Assembly: GCF_009914755.1 (NCBI RefSeq)
Contig: NC_060935.1
From: the human T2T-CHM13v2.0 reference genome, Homo sapiens
DNA: 64,000 nt
Strand: one strand, 5' to 3'
In this document: piece by piece, positions 31,600-49,843 of the stretch
Numbering within the stretch: the stretch's first letter is position 1
Layout of the letters: every line of letters begins with the position of its first letter
The notes under the pieces: model-generated
Told to the model about the DNA's origin: nothing
Database searches by the model: none
The model's input: only the letters and a program-made list of their open reading frames with translations
Translations under genes and position numbers: made by a program

Positions 31600-31980
31600 G
31601 TATTTTTTTTTTTAATAATTGTAGATTTACAGGACATTGCAAAGAAATGTACAAGGGAAGTCCCATGCACCCTTCTCCCAATCTTAATGTTTCACACAAT
31701 TAAAGTATAATATAAAAAACAAGAAATTGACATTGGTCCAATCCATAGAGCTTATTCAGAGTTCACCAGATATACATGCTGTCAATATTTTTGTTTGCGT
31801 GTGTGTAGCTGTATGCAATTGTACCACATGTAGCCTTGCATAACGACCACCACAACCAAGATCCAGAACAATTCCATTATCACAAGACTCCTTTGTGTTA
31901 CCCCTTTCTGGCCACACCCATCCCCTCCCCTGTCCCTGGCCCCTGGCACCCATTTATCTGTTATGTATCACTGCAGGTAC
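31600..31980 (-). mobile_element. L1MC-like 3' fragment
   Basis: AATAATTGTAGATTTACAGG...GCAAAGAAATGTACAAGGGAAGTCCCATGCACCCTT pattern. Confidence 0.6.
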
Positions 31981-32279
31981 TTCAATTAACATCACCTAAA
32001 TGGAATTGTGTGCTACGCATCCTTTTTCTTTTTTTTTTTTTCTTTGAGACAGGGTCTTGTTCTGTTGCCCAGGCTGGAGTGTGGTAGCATGAGCATGGCT
32101 CACTGCAATCTCCACCTCCCAGGCTCAAGCGATCCTCCCACCTCACCCTCCCCGGTAGTGGGACCACAGGTGCACACCACCACACCTGGCTATATGCTTC
32201 TTTTGAGATTGCTTTTTTCACTCACATAATTTGCTTGAAATTTATCCACCAGCATTTTTTAAAAATTAACTGTGCATCA

Positions 32280-32590
32280 TCTTCAGTGAGATGTGTGCAT
32301 TTCGTCTTTGTTCATGCCTTTTCCACTGCCTAGAATGCCCTCTACCAACCCTGTCTACCGATCTGTATTCATTTCCTTCAGTGTGTCTCACTGCTGTGTG
32401 CCTAAACCCATCTGACTTATTTCTCTTCCCTTATCAATTATGTATATTTCCCATACCATATCATTTTCCACTTGCAGGTAGGAGACAGGGACCACGCCCA
32501 TCTTATCTTTATATTCCCAGCATCTAGTACAGTGCCTGAAATGGAGGAGGTACCCAGTAAATAATGTTTTGGATGAATGAATGATTGAAG
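32280..32590. repeat. L2 3'-end relic
   Basis: CCCAGCATCTAGTACAGTGCCTG...CAGTAAATAATGTTTTGGATGAATGAATGA motif. Confidence 0.6.
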
Positions 32591-32835
32591 TTGCTCTGCT
32601 GGATTCTTATATTGTGTCTTGGGTATGTGTCGTCTTCCCAACTGCACTCGAAGCTACGTTGTAAACTTGAGAGCAGCAGCTCCATTCCATTTACTAGTAT
32701 AGGCGAGGTCCCAGTTAGGGTTGCCGTAGATGTTTGTATGTGGCTTCAGTGAGCGTGTGTCTTTGTGTACGTGGGGGTGAAGTGAAGGCGTGTTTGTGGG
32801 CTGGTTTCCCAGCTGCCCAGCCTGACTTTCTACAG

Positions 32836-32992
32836 TCAGCAGGATGGACCTGGAGATGTCAGGGCTGAAGACCCTGGAGCATGTGGCAGTGACAGTCTCC
32901 ATCACTCACCCACGGCGCGGCAGCTTGGAGCTGAAGCTGTTCTGCCCCAGTGGCATGATGTCCCTCATCGGCGCCCCCCGCAGCATGGACTC
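32836..32992 (+). pseudogene. PCSK7-copy exon A (157 nt; P domain)
   Basis: ctttctacag|TCAGCAGGATGGAC...ATGGACTC|gtatgt. Confidence 0.9.
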
Positions 32993-33824
32993 GTATGTAC
33001 ACCCGCCCGAGGCCTGAGCAACCTTTTCAGCAAGGGCCTTTCCAGGGAAAAGAAATGGAAGAAGTGGATCCTGGCACTGTCCTAAACTACTGTGGCACTG
33101 GCTATCCCTGGCGGCTGGAAGCCTTTCGTCACATACCTTCTTCAAGCGCTAGGCCCTGCACCTCACATACATGTTCTCTAATCCTTCTAAGAACCCCCTA
33201 GATTAGACTTTGTAACCTCCTTTTACAAATGAGGAAACTGGCTGGGTGTGGTGGCTCACACCTGTAATCCCAGCACTTTGGGAGGTCAAGGCAGGAGAAT
33301 CACTTGAACTCAGGAGTTCAAGACCAGCCTGGGCAACAAAGTGAGACCCTGTCTCTACAAAAAATTTAAAGATTAGCTGAGCATGGTGGTACATGCCTGT
33401 AGTCCCAGCTACTCAGGAGACTGAGGTGGGAGGATCACTTGAACCCAGGAAGTCAAGGCTGCAGTGAGCTGTGATCATGCCACTGCACTCCAGCTTGGAT
33501 AACAGAGTGAGACCCTGTCTCCAAAAAAAAAAAGAAAGAAAAAGAAAACAAGTCATGGAGCTAGTAAGTGCCCAAGAGAACAAGAATAAACCTAGATCCG
33601 TGGGACTCCAAGCCTGTGCGCGCTCCATGCTTGCTTTTTCCACCACACCACGTTAACACAATTTCCTCCTTCCATGAGACCCCAGGGGAAAGGGGCACCT
33701 GAGAAGCCCTCGTGGCACCCTCCCAGGTTGTTTCCACGGCTACTACAGTAAGAAAGTGTTGCTGGGGGAAGGTCAGCTCTCTGGCCCACGCCTTCCACCT
33801 GTTTCTGCTGTGTTCTTTCCTCAG

Positions 33825-33919
33825 GGATCCCAACGGCTTCAATGACTGGACCTTCTCCACTGTGCGATGCTGGGGGGAGAGAGCCCGAGGGACCTACAGG
33901 CTTGTCATCAGGGATGTCG
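33825..33919 (+). pseudogene. PCSK7-copy exon B (95 nt; [31 protein letters not shown])
   Basis: ttcctcag|GGATCCC...GATGTCG|gtgagt; within ORF 33712..34134. Confidence 0.9.
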
Positions 33920-34728
33920 GTGAGTCTCGTGCCCTCACACCAGGCCCTACCTTTCCTGCTTGTTATCTGGTCCCTCTGCATCTCAGAGTCCCCACAGAAA
34001 ATGTCCCGTGTGCAATATATAGGGTTGCCATTGGACCAAGAGAGTTGATGCCAAGAGTGTGCCCATCCGTGAAATGGGCATTGCTCTCTGCAACTGTTCA
34101 TTTATACTACCTCTCATATTCCCTGGAGGAGTGACCCATCCATCTTTCCTCAGGATAGCAACAAAAAGTCCTTGTCGAAACCACATTTCAAGTCCTTTTA
34201 CGTATAACCATCCTTCGGCCAGCCCCAGTAGGCAGGTAAGGGCAGGACTCATTTCACCATTTTTTTAAAACTGGCCCAGAGGTTTGAGGTGACTTGTGGA
34301 AGGTCACCATATCAGTGAAGGCCACAATATCCATGAATTGTGAATATCTTTAGTATCAGCCTATAGACTGGAAATTGAGCTCCACCCTCCCATCCTCCAG
34401 TCAGTTAGGTATTCTCTAGGCCAGTGGTTTTCAAAGCTTTCTTTAATTTGGTGGAAAGACATTTTTTTCTAATCCCAGCTGAACCCCCAAAATACGGGAG
34501 AGAAAAGCAAGACTCTGCTTTGGAGTACAGCCTTTCAACCCTTTCCATCCCTAAGGGCACCCAGTGAGGCCCTTCTGCAGAACCTGGGGTCAGTGGGACA
34601 CAGTGAGGCAGCTCCTGGAGCAGACCATGTGGCCTGAGCCCCTTTGGGTGGCAGGGCGGGCAGGGCCTCTGCTGTCTGGCATGGCTGACAGAGGGGCGTG
34701 GCTCACGAGCTGCCCCTTGCTGCCCTAG

Positions 34729-34822
34729 GGGATGAGTCATTCCAGGTCGGCATCCTCCGGCAATGGCAGCTGACCCTATATGGCTCTGTGTGGAGTGCAG
34801 TAGACATCAGGGACAGACAAAG
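34729..34822 (+). pseudogene. PCSK7-copy exon C (94 nt; [30 protein letters not shown])
   Basis: gccctag|GGGATGAG...CAAAG|gtgggt; within ORF 34698..34898. Confidence 0.9.
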
Positions 34823-35090
34823 GTGGGTAAAGCCGCATGTGTCAGAGGGAAGGCCAGTCACAGGGGAAGGGCCGCCTAGGGAGCCCATCGCCCTCTGAAC
34901 CCCAGCTGTGCTTCCCAGTTCCAGCGTCAAGCCGGTAGATGGAGCCCCGGGCTGGGAACTCACAGTCTGGGCCTCTCCTTTTTGCTGTGGGGCTTCCCTG
35001 TCTTCACCTGTAAGGCAGGAAAATGGGTGAGGGCAGATGGTATAGGAACCATAGTCAGTGGGGCATCCTCACCTCTTTTCTTCTCCACAG

Positions 35091-35208
35091 GCTGTTAGAG
35101 AGTGCCATGAGTGGAAAATACCTGCACGATGACTTCGCCCTGCCCTGCCCACCGGGGCTGAAAATTCCTGAGGAAGATGGTTACACCATCACCCCCAACA
35201 CCCTCAAG
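35091..35208 (+). pseudogene. PCSK7-copy exon D (118 nt; [39 protein letters not shown])
   Basis: ttctccacag|GCTGTTA...CTCAAG|gtacta; within ORF 35023..35274. Confidence 0.9.
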
Positions 35209-35532
35209 GTACTAGGGCCAAGACTCAAGCTGCGGGTAGATGGGACTGTCCTGTCTGGGGGATGGAGTTCTTAGTGTGTTTCTCAGGGTGACCTGCGGGG
35301 TGAAGGACTGGGAAGACCTGGGTCCCAGCAGTGGTTTCATAGCATTGCTCCTACCCTGCTAGCCTAACTCTTACAGGACAGGCCTTGTCGGGGGAGGGGG
35401 CAGAGGGAACAGTTTGGGTGAAAAAGGCAGTCCCTAGAAGGAAAAAGACTTTCTGAGCTCATTGTCCTGGGCTGAGAAAGGCTGTAGGCTTCGGGAAACA
35501 GTGCCTCACGTAGGTGCTTGCCTCGGCCCCAG

Positions 35533-35892
35533 ACCCTGGTGCTGGTAGGCTGTTTCACCGTCTTCTGGACCGTTTACTACATGCTGGAAGTATATGTGAA
35601 CCAGAGGAATGTGGCTTCCAATCAAGTTTGTATGAGTGGACCCTGCCACTGGCCCTATCGAAGCCAGAAAGCCAAGGAGGAAGGGACAGAGCTAGAATCA
35701 GTGCCACTTTGCAGCAGCAAGGATCCAGACGAAGTGGAAACAGAGAGCAGGGGCCCTCCCACCACCTCTGACCTCCTTGCCCCAGACCTGCTGGAGCAAG
35801 GGGACTGGAGCCTGTCCCAGAACAAGAGCGCCCTGGACTGCCCTCATCAGCACCTAGACGTACCGCACGGGAAGGAGGAGCAGATCTGCTGA
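35533..35892 (+). pseudogene. PCSK7-copy terminal exon, coding part (TM helix plus cytosolic tail ending GKEEQIC*)
   Basis: ccccag|ACCCTGGTG...TGCTGA; ORF 35518..35892. Confidence 0.9.
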
Positions 35893-36209
35893 CCTCAGGG
35901 CCTGACAGTGTGGGACAGGCTCTTCTTTCCCAAAATTAGGGAGCTCTTGACAGAAAGCAGTTCTGATGCTTACATCTGGAATCTGAGGCATCCTCTGACT
36001 CCACTCAAAGAGGGTGAGGGCCTTCTTAAGATACAAATGGCGGAGGATTGCTGCCAGAGAAGTCTGGTCAGAGCCACAGGGTCTGCCTCCAGCCAAACGG
36101 GAGCTTTTGGTGAGAAGGTGTTGGACAGGGGATTGGCGCCCCCTTTGGGTTGGCCTCCATCCTCTTTTTTTTTCCCCTTAACACTATCCGCCTGGAAATG
36201 GGCTGCCTC

Positions 36210-36910
<701 letters not shown>

Positions 36911-37171
36911 GGGCTGCCTCTTTAATACCATCATTTGAGTTCTCTAAACGTGAATTCTTTCTAAGAAAACCCTCAGAACAACAAATATTTACTGAGCACC
37001 TACAGGTATGCCGTATACTGTGTGAGCAGCTCCAAGAGAATTCCAAGGTAAATTCGCAATGTAAACATCATTTTATATGAGGACAAAATTATCTTGGATT
37101 ATATATGCCTAAAGTAATACACACTTAGTGCCACTTGACAGCACAAGTTACTTGAAAAATTACTTGACATA

Positions 37172-40756
<3,585 letters not shown>

Positions 40757-41289
40757 GAAAAATTACTTGACATATCTTGACATTTTAGGCTCCCAGGATT
40801 TTACAGTATTCTTAACAGGTTTTGTCAGCAAAATCAACCCCCACCCCCGCATCAGTTTAAGAGCCCTGGAAGGCTCTGCCTATTCACCAGCATAGAGCTG
40901 AGATCCTTAAAGGGCCAGTTCAGGGCACTGCTCCAGCAACCGTTGCGCTGCTATAAGCTTGAGCACATCTCTTGCCCCTCCTCTCTACTTTTATAGATCC
41001 TGCATTTATTTAGCATATAATCTTTTCAATATTGACTTTGTATATGTATGTCTTCCCCTAAACTGGATGTATCTTTTAAGGAAAAGCCTGGGGTTCGTCA
41101 TCCCCCTATGTATCACCTTTACAGGCGGTCACCCAAAATCTCCACATTCATCATAGAAACAGAAATTCCACTAATAAATGTCAGGTACTGCCTCCTTAAC
41201 CTTGGTCCGCTATTTCCCTCCCACTTTCAGCAGTCTGGTTTATTCCATGGGTGGAAGAGGAAGCCAAGTTGGCTGAGTGTGAAGGGAAT

Positions 41290-42250
41290 GGCGTCAGTGT
41301 GACTTCACGCCACATCGTCCCGAATGCCAGCTCCACACTGCGGTGGCACGAACGCAGGATTGAGAGATGCAGCTGGAGTAAAGAGAGAAGCCCATGTCCC
41401 TCAGACGCCACACAAAATGGGGGTAACCGCGAGAACAAAGCAGGGTACCCAACTGGGTGTGGCGGGACACCTGGGCGCACGCCGCCAGCGCCCGGGAGAG
41501 CGAAGGCGGGGAGAGAGGAACCACGCTGAGGCGTGGCAGGATGGGGGCGGGACTTCCGGAAGCCATTTGGCTGAGTGGCAGGGGAACCGGAAGTGGAGGA
41601 GCTGCTGCTGGTGCTGGGGCCGGAGGAGGGACGCGCCGGAGCGGGACCGACGGGACCGAGCGAGCGACCGACGCGCCACCCGCCGACGCCTCAGCCGCTT
41701 GGGGCCCGCACGGACCCTCTACTTCAGTGAGTGCATCCAGGGTCGCAGGGAACCGGTGGCTTAGAGGCGGGGGTCGGAAGGGGCTGTGAGGTGTTATTGT
41801 GAGAGGCCCGCGACCTCCCCTCCCCCACCCTTGCGGCCCCTCCCCCCACGCCGCCCCATCCACTTGGGGGGGGCCTCGCGAGCGCGCGCCTTCTCTGCGG
41901 GCCCAGCGTCGGCTTCCCAGCAGCCGGCGCAGCTAGTTTTCGCTCTGAGAGCCCTTTCCCGATATTCCATACCGAAAGCTGGCGTTTCTCCTCAGCCGCC
42001 GGCCGGCGCCTCCACGGCCTTTCCCAGGAGGGTAGCGCGGCGGGCGCCCCGCCCCGCCCTGCCCTGCCCTGCCCTGCCGGGCCCACCCGCGGTAGGCCTT
42101 GCGCACCCCAGCTCGCCCCGGCTGGGCGCTGCAGCTCCTGCCCGGGTCTCCGCTGCTGCCTTTTCCCTTTATCACAGGGGTCTAACTTCTCACTCTTCTC
42201 TCCCCTCGCGTCTGGTCGGAGGCCAAAACCAGTTACTCCGTTGTGTTTTT
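41290..42250 (+). promoter_or_regulatory. PAFAH1B2: CpG-island, TATA-less housekeeping promoter of PAFAH1B2
   Basis: High GC/CpG density. GC box GGGGCGGG at ~41544, palindromic ETS pair CTTCCGGAAG at 41553-41562, YY1-like GCCATTT at ~41562, and ACCGGAAGTG at 41586-41595. Confidence 0.85.
41590..41726 (+). other. PAFAH1B2: PAFAH1B2 exon 1 (non-coding 5'UTR exon; TSS approximate)
   Basis: Lies in a CpG island and ends in a consensus donor (CTTCA|GTGAGT, GT at 41727). It joins cleanly to the acceptor at 49756 just before the start codon. Confidence 0.8.
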
Positions 42251-44191
42251 ACCGAGCACTTTTCCCTCCTCCTTTTGTTGAAAAATTTCAACTCTTTAGA
42301 AACTTCTCCGTTGCCTCTTAGGATGTGTTTATTCAAAAGTTGCATAGACCGTCACCACTCGGAAGGGATTATTTCTTGGAAGGCTTTCCAGCCCCCATCT
42401 CATCTTAGACATGAATGTGCTCGGAGCGGCTGGTGACCTGCCCAAGGTCAGCCAGCTAGATAAACCTGTCAGCGGAGAGGTTTGGGGGGATGTTTTTTTC
42501 CTGGCTCACCGTCCGTTTGCCAGATCCGTGCCTTCTGGTCTACAGGTTTGATTGACCCGTTGCGTGGTGACTCATGCTTCTGCTTTTCATAGCTCGCAGG
42601 CCAGCGTTGCTTTTCAGAATTTATACACAAACAAGAACTAACACTCGGAGCTTTCGCCTCTTTGTAGAGCTTACCCGTAGAGAAAGGAAAGACCACCCGG
42701 ATCCACCCTAGGACCTCATTTTGTACAGCTTGAAATTATGGGAAGGGGTTGGGCCGGGGGGTAAAGGTGTGGAGAAAGTGGAAGGAGAAAGTGCTTAATT
42801 AAGATTGTCTTTGCCTTGGATGTGCCTTGTGTCTTTGGCTTCTTCTGGGCACATTGTTCTGACATAAAGGTTGCCTCCTTGTGGGGGAGAAGGGGAGGAT
42901 TAGTTTGTTGGCTTGGGCATTTGATCATAAATTATGGAGGTGCTGGACCGGAGGAACCACCCACCAGCCCACGGAGGCTACCGGGCATTCAGGATAAGGG
43001 CCGCCTTCTTCTTCAGAATAACCATACCCACTCCCTCTGAAACAAAGTGGAGAGTCTTAGGTCTGAGTGGAAACTCTAAATCTTTTAATTCTTGGTTCAA
43101 CTTTCTTCATCTGTTTTCCTGGTTCAGACTAAAACATCTAACTCAGCTGGAGAAGTTATAACGCTTTGTTGTTGGACGTGGTTTCTCATTAAATACATTG
43201 CACTATGCTGGTATAAGCACTTGGAAATTCTAGTGCTGTATTGTCATAGTAAGTAGAGAATATAGAAAAGGCAGGAAAATCGTGCAAGTCGGTTACTCCT
43301 CGTCTTCCCAGAGAACTCACTTTAATGGACAACAAAGCTTCCCCTGGAGTACAGTCTGTTGTGGCAAATTAACAAAACTTGTTCTTCAGACCTTTTATTT
43401 GCATTCTGCTTGGTCTGTCTTTCTTTTTTTTTTTGTGTGTGTGTGTGTGACGGAGTCTCAGTCTGTCGCCCAGGCTGGAGTGCAGTGGCGCGATCTCTAC
43501 TCACTACAACCTCTGCCTCCCGGTTCAAGCTTATAGGCATGTGCCACCACACCCAGCTAATTTTGTATTTTTTTTTTTTAGTAGAGATGGGGTTTCGCCA
43601 CGTTGGCCAGGCAGGTCTTGAACTCCCGACCTCAAGTGATCCACCCGCCTCGGCCTCCCAAAGTGCTGGGATAACAGGCGCAGGAAACCCAAAGTCACTC
43701 AGAAGTTTGCGTCTTACCACTGGGTAGCTCTTAGTTCGTTCTTATTTTATGTGTCCATAAGAGCAGATAATTCTTCGTTTCAATTGGAAAGAATACAACA
43801 GCTGGAGCCTGAGCAACATGGCAAGACCTCGTCTCTACGAAATTTAAAAATTAGCCATGTGTGGTGGCGTGGGCCTGCAGTACCAGTTACTCTGGAAGGA
43901 AGAAATGGGAGGATCACTTGAGCCCAGGAGATCAAGGCTGCAGTGAGCTGTGTTACGCCACTTCACTCCAGCTAACGACTGACTGAGACCCTGTCGGGGT
44001 AAAAAACAAAAAACAAAACACAGCCGGCTGGGTGCTGTGACTCATTCCTGTAATTCCAGCACTTTGGGAGGCCAAGGCAGCAGGATCACTTGAGCCTAGG
44101 AGTTCAAGATCAGCCTGAACAATATGGTGAGATCCCCATCTATTGAAAAAAAAAAAAAAAGGTCAGGCAGCTATTCGGGAGGATCGCTTGA

Positions 44192-44356
<165 letters not shown>

Positions 44357-44427
44357 TGATGTCAGGAGTTCGAGACCACCCTGACCAATATGATGAAACC
44401 CCGTCTTCACTAAAAATACAAAAATTA

Positions 44428-44571
<144 letters not shown>

Positions 44572-45377
44572 TCAAAAAAAGAAAAGCCAGTTTAATTTTT
44601 ATTTTTGAGACAGGGTCTTGCTCTGTCCCTGAGGCTGGAGTGCAGTGGCGCACCACCACCCCCAGCTAATTGTTGTGGTTTTTGTAGAGACACAGTTTCA
44701 CCATGTTACCCAGGCTGGTCTCAAACTCCTGGGCTCAAGCAGTCCACCTGCCTTAGTGTCCCAAAGTGCTGGGATTACAGGCATGAGACACTGTACCCAG
44801 CCACAACAGTTTCTCTGATTTCCAAATTGTTTTAATCCTCTATATGCATAGTCTTCTAGGTTGTGCATTTCCAGCTTTGTTCTTAAAGAGGAGATTGTGT
44901 GAGTTTGTGGCTCAGTTTTTCTTTTCCTGGTGTTTAAAAATGTTACCAAGCCATGGGCATCAGTAAAACTGAAAGCTGCTTTGTAATAAGATTTTGATTG
45001 ACAAAATAATACAAAATCAGAGTCAGAAGACACAAAGAAACACATTTCTGCTCAGATACTTTGCCATTGTAGGGGAAGAAGGATCACCTTGTATTCATAG
45101 CTATAGACAAAAAGACTGTGTAATTAGGAATATTTTGTGACCTCCCAGTTCTTCCTGCCTTGTAGCTTCAGATAAGTGACATTTTGTTCCTCGGTTTCTC
45201 TATGTGTATGCTTTTTTTATTTTCCCATGAAGAAATTTAGGGTTGAGATGGAAGTGTTTTGCTCAGGGTATCAGAATGCCATTAAATTTGGGTAGTAGAA
45301 AGTATAAGTGAAACAACTTAGTAAATTAGAATTAGAATTTATCTTTTTTCTTTTTTTTTTCTTTTTTTTTTTTTTAG

Positions 45378-45536
<159 letters not shown>

Positions 45537-46050
45537 TAGTGGAGACAGGATTTCACCATGTTGGCCAGGCTGGTCTCGAACTCCTGACCTCAGGTGATTC
45601 TCCTGCCTCGGCCCCCCCAAAATGCTGGGATTACAGGTGTGAGCCACCATGCCCGGCCTCTATGTAGTCTTTTCTAATCAGAACATAATATCATTTGCTC
45701 AAGAGTAGGCTTTGGAAGTCTGTCACTCTGGTTTCAAATCCCACCTGTCCTGTGTTGTTTACCAGCTCTGCTGTCATGGAGAAGTTTCCTTAGGTCTCTT
45801 TGAGCATCATGTTTATTTAAATAACAAAGCTCCTAGCACAGGGTCTGGTAAATAGTAAGTTCTTAATAAATGTTATTTTAGATCAGTTGTTTGTCTGTTG
45901 GATGAACTCTGAAAATCCATGCCTGTTTATTGAATTGTAGCTCTAAGCTGGGAGTGGTAGTGTGTGCCTGTAGTCCCAGCTACTTGGGAAGCTGAGGCAG
46001 GAGGATCACTTAAGCCTAGGAGTTTGAATCCAGCCTGGACAACATAGTGA

Positions 46051-46497
<447 letters not shown>

Positions 46498-46714
46498 TGA
46501 CTCAGCTTGCTGAGTAGCTGAGACTGCAGGCACTACCATGCCAGGCTAATTTCTTCAATTTTTTGTAGAGACGGGGTCTCATTATGTTGCCCAGGATAGT
46601 CTCAAACTCCTGGATTCAAGTCATCTTCCTGCCTCGGCCTCCCAAAGTGCTGAGATTATAAGTGTGAGCCGCCACACCTGGCTAAAATCTAACTTTTTAA
46701 AGAATTTAATTTAA

Positions 46715-46951
<237 letters not shown>

Positions 46952-47647
46952 TAGCCAGGATGGTCTCGATCTCCTGACCTCGTGATCTGCCTGCCTCGGC
47001 CTCCCAAAGTGCTGGGATTACAGGTGTGAGCCACCGTGCCCGGCCAAAAGTTTTCTAATCTATAAAAGGAAAAAATAGGCTTCACTATAATTTAAGATTC
47101 ACATGAACAGTAATTGGCATGTTTATATACAAATGTGTAGGTAGTGGGGTGCATTTCAAAAATACCCTAGGCTGGGCAGGATTCTAGGCCGAGCTCAGGA
47201 GTTCGAGACCAGTCTGGGCAACATGGAGAAACCTTGTCTGTATAAAAGAAAAATAGAAAAGTTAGCTGGGTGTGGCGGTGCATGCCTGTAGTCCTGGCTA
47301 CAGGCCAGGACTTCACCTCAAAAACAAAAAAAAGACCTTGTCTCAAAAAATTTTTATTAACTAACATGTAAGTTTTAATTTGATTTAAGCCTAGAATTGA
47401 ACTTAGACCCAAATAAACTTTTATGTAGAAAGTATAGAATGTTTTACTGGTTTAAAAATAAAGCAAAACCTCCCACATTGTTTAAATTAATAATTTTTTG
47501 GTTGTTGTTTGTTTGAGATGAAGTCTTGCTCTGTTGCTGCAACTTCCGCCTGCCAGGTTCCAGCGATTCTCCTGCCCCAGTCTCCTGAGTAGCTGCAGCT
47601 TACAGGCGTGTTCCACCATGCCCGGCTAATTTTTGTATTTTTTGTAG

Positions 47648-47803
<156 letters not shown>

Positions 47804-48064
47804 TAGTATCATTTAGAACTGAGCTAATTTGTTTGCATAATTAGTGTTAGTATTATTTGCTTCTGTAATTTATTTTTCTTGAGTGAAGGTATGCTTTCAC
47901 GTTTGGGGCTTGGTACTTGGTGATTCTAAAAAACTACTGCTTTGGCAATGTAGTGTGTTTTGTGTACTCAGTAAATATGTATATTGAATGAATATAACTC
48001 GATCTTCTTTCTGAGAAAGCTTAGCTGTATTTGAGGATGGCAAGGGAAAGAAAAAGATTGCTTA

Positions 48065-48367
<303 letters not shown>

Positions 48368-48464
48368 TCATAGTCCTTTGCATTTGGAGTTTAATGTTTC
48401 TATTGTATATTCTGCAGAATTGATTGAAAGTAATCTGGTTTCTTATTTGTCTTTCTATTTATAG

Positions 48465-48668
<204 letters not shown>

Positions 48669-48983
48669 TGAGTAGCTGGGACTACAGGTGCATGCCACCA
48701 TGCCCAGCTAATTTTTTGTATTTTTAGTAGAGACGGGGTTTCACTATGTTGGCCAGGATGGTCTCAATCTCCTGACCTTGTGACCTGCCTGCCTTGGCCT
48801 CCCAAAGTGCTGGGATTACAGGCGTGAGCCACCACACCCAGCCATCATTTCTAAAATTTTCTTAGTGGAAACTTGCAAAAATAAAAATACCTAGTAAACA
48901 TTTGTCGAAAACCAGTGCCAAGGCCTATGACTACTTTTGTCATAATCTGTCCTACAGTTATTTGTGTGATGTTTATTTAGTAA

Positions 48984-49258
<275 letters not shown>

Positions 49259-49762
49259 TGATCCACCTGCCGCCTAGCCTCCCAAAGTGCTGGGATTACA
49301 GGTGTGAGCCACTGTGCAGGGCCAGTAATTCTGTAACTCTTAACAGTAGTAAGTGTGTAACTCTTAACAGCTGAAAAGCCTCTGATGTAGATTTAATTGT
49401 ACTGTAAGTGTCTAATAACTCCTTGTGTCACTTGGTACTTACAGTAACATATAATCACAAAAAACTAATATAGGTATAAAGTATATACTTGGAGGAGATT
49501 TTTTAAATGTACTGCACTGCAACTAAGTCATATTCAAAGCTATCTGGCGGTTTAGTGGTGCTATCTTTATGGGACTTAGTCATGTTCTGCAATTCATCTC
49601 TACAGAAAGTAATTGTTTCTGTTTAGTTTCCCAATTGTTTCTAGGCAAACCACATAAAACTTTAATTATTATTTAAAGCCTGATGTGTATAATATTTAAG
49701 TGGTAACAAACCTTCCTGTTAACAAATGAAACATGACATAGACGTTTTTTCTCAGGTGTAGA

Positions 49763-49843
49763 ATGAGCCAAGGAGACTCAAACCCAGCAGCTATTCCGCA
49801 TGCAGCAGAAGATATTCAAGGAGATGACCGATGGATGTCTCAG
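49763..49843 (+). CDS. PAFAH1B2: PAFAH1B2 exon 2 coding part (MSQGDSNPAAIPHAAEDIQGDDRWMSQ); platelet-activating factor acetylhydrolase IB subunit alpha2
   Basis: Acceptor ttttttctcag at 49755, 7 nt of UTR, ATG at 49763, donor CAG|GTAAAA at 49844. The translation matches the recalled N-terminus of PAFAH1B2. Confidence 0.96.

Larger units (their letters stand above)
32836..36165 (+). pseudogene. PCSK7: Unprocessed partial duplicate of PCSK7 (symbol given is the parent gene): last five exons with introns, encoding C-terminal P domain, TM helix and cytosolic tail; no signal peptide, prodomain or catalytic domain
   Basis: Exons 32836-32992, 33825-33919, 34729-34822, 35091-35208 and 35533-35892 (stop) all have AG/GT boundaries. 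They splice to ...[37 protein letters not shown]...[18 protein letters not shown]...GKEEQIC*. No earlier PCSK7 exons are seen in the 32 kb upstream. The outer limits of the duplicon are approximate. Confidence 0.92.

Noticed and set aside
32836-35892. Calling this the functional PCSK7 gene
   Set aside because: No signal-peptide, prodomain or catalytic exons in the 32 kb upstream; the 3'UTR is truncated and the tail sequence differs from recalled PCSK7.
41294-42436. 189-aa and 216-aa ORFs at the CpG island
   Set aside because: GC-rich promoter/intron sequence with no recognisable protein family; they span the exon 1 donor or lie in intron 1.
42930-43075. Possible alternative exon in PAFAH1B2 intron 1
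   Set aside because: Mild CpG enrichment only; no convincing acceptor/donor pair identifiable from sequence alone.
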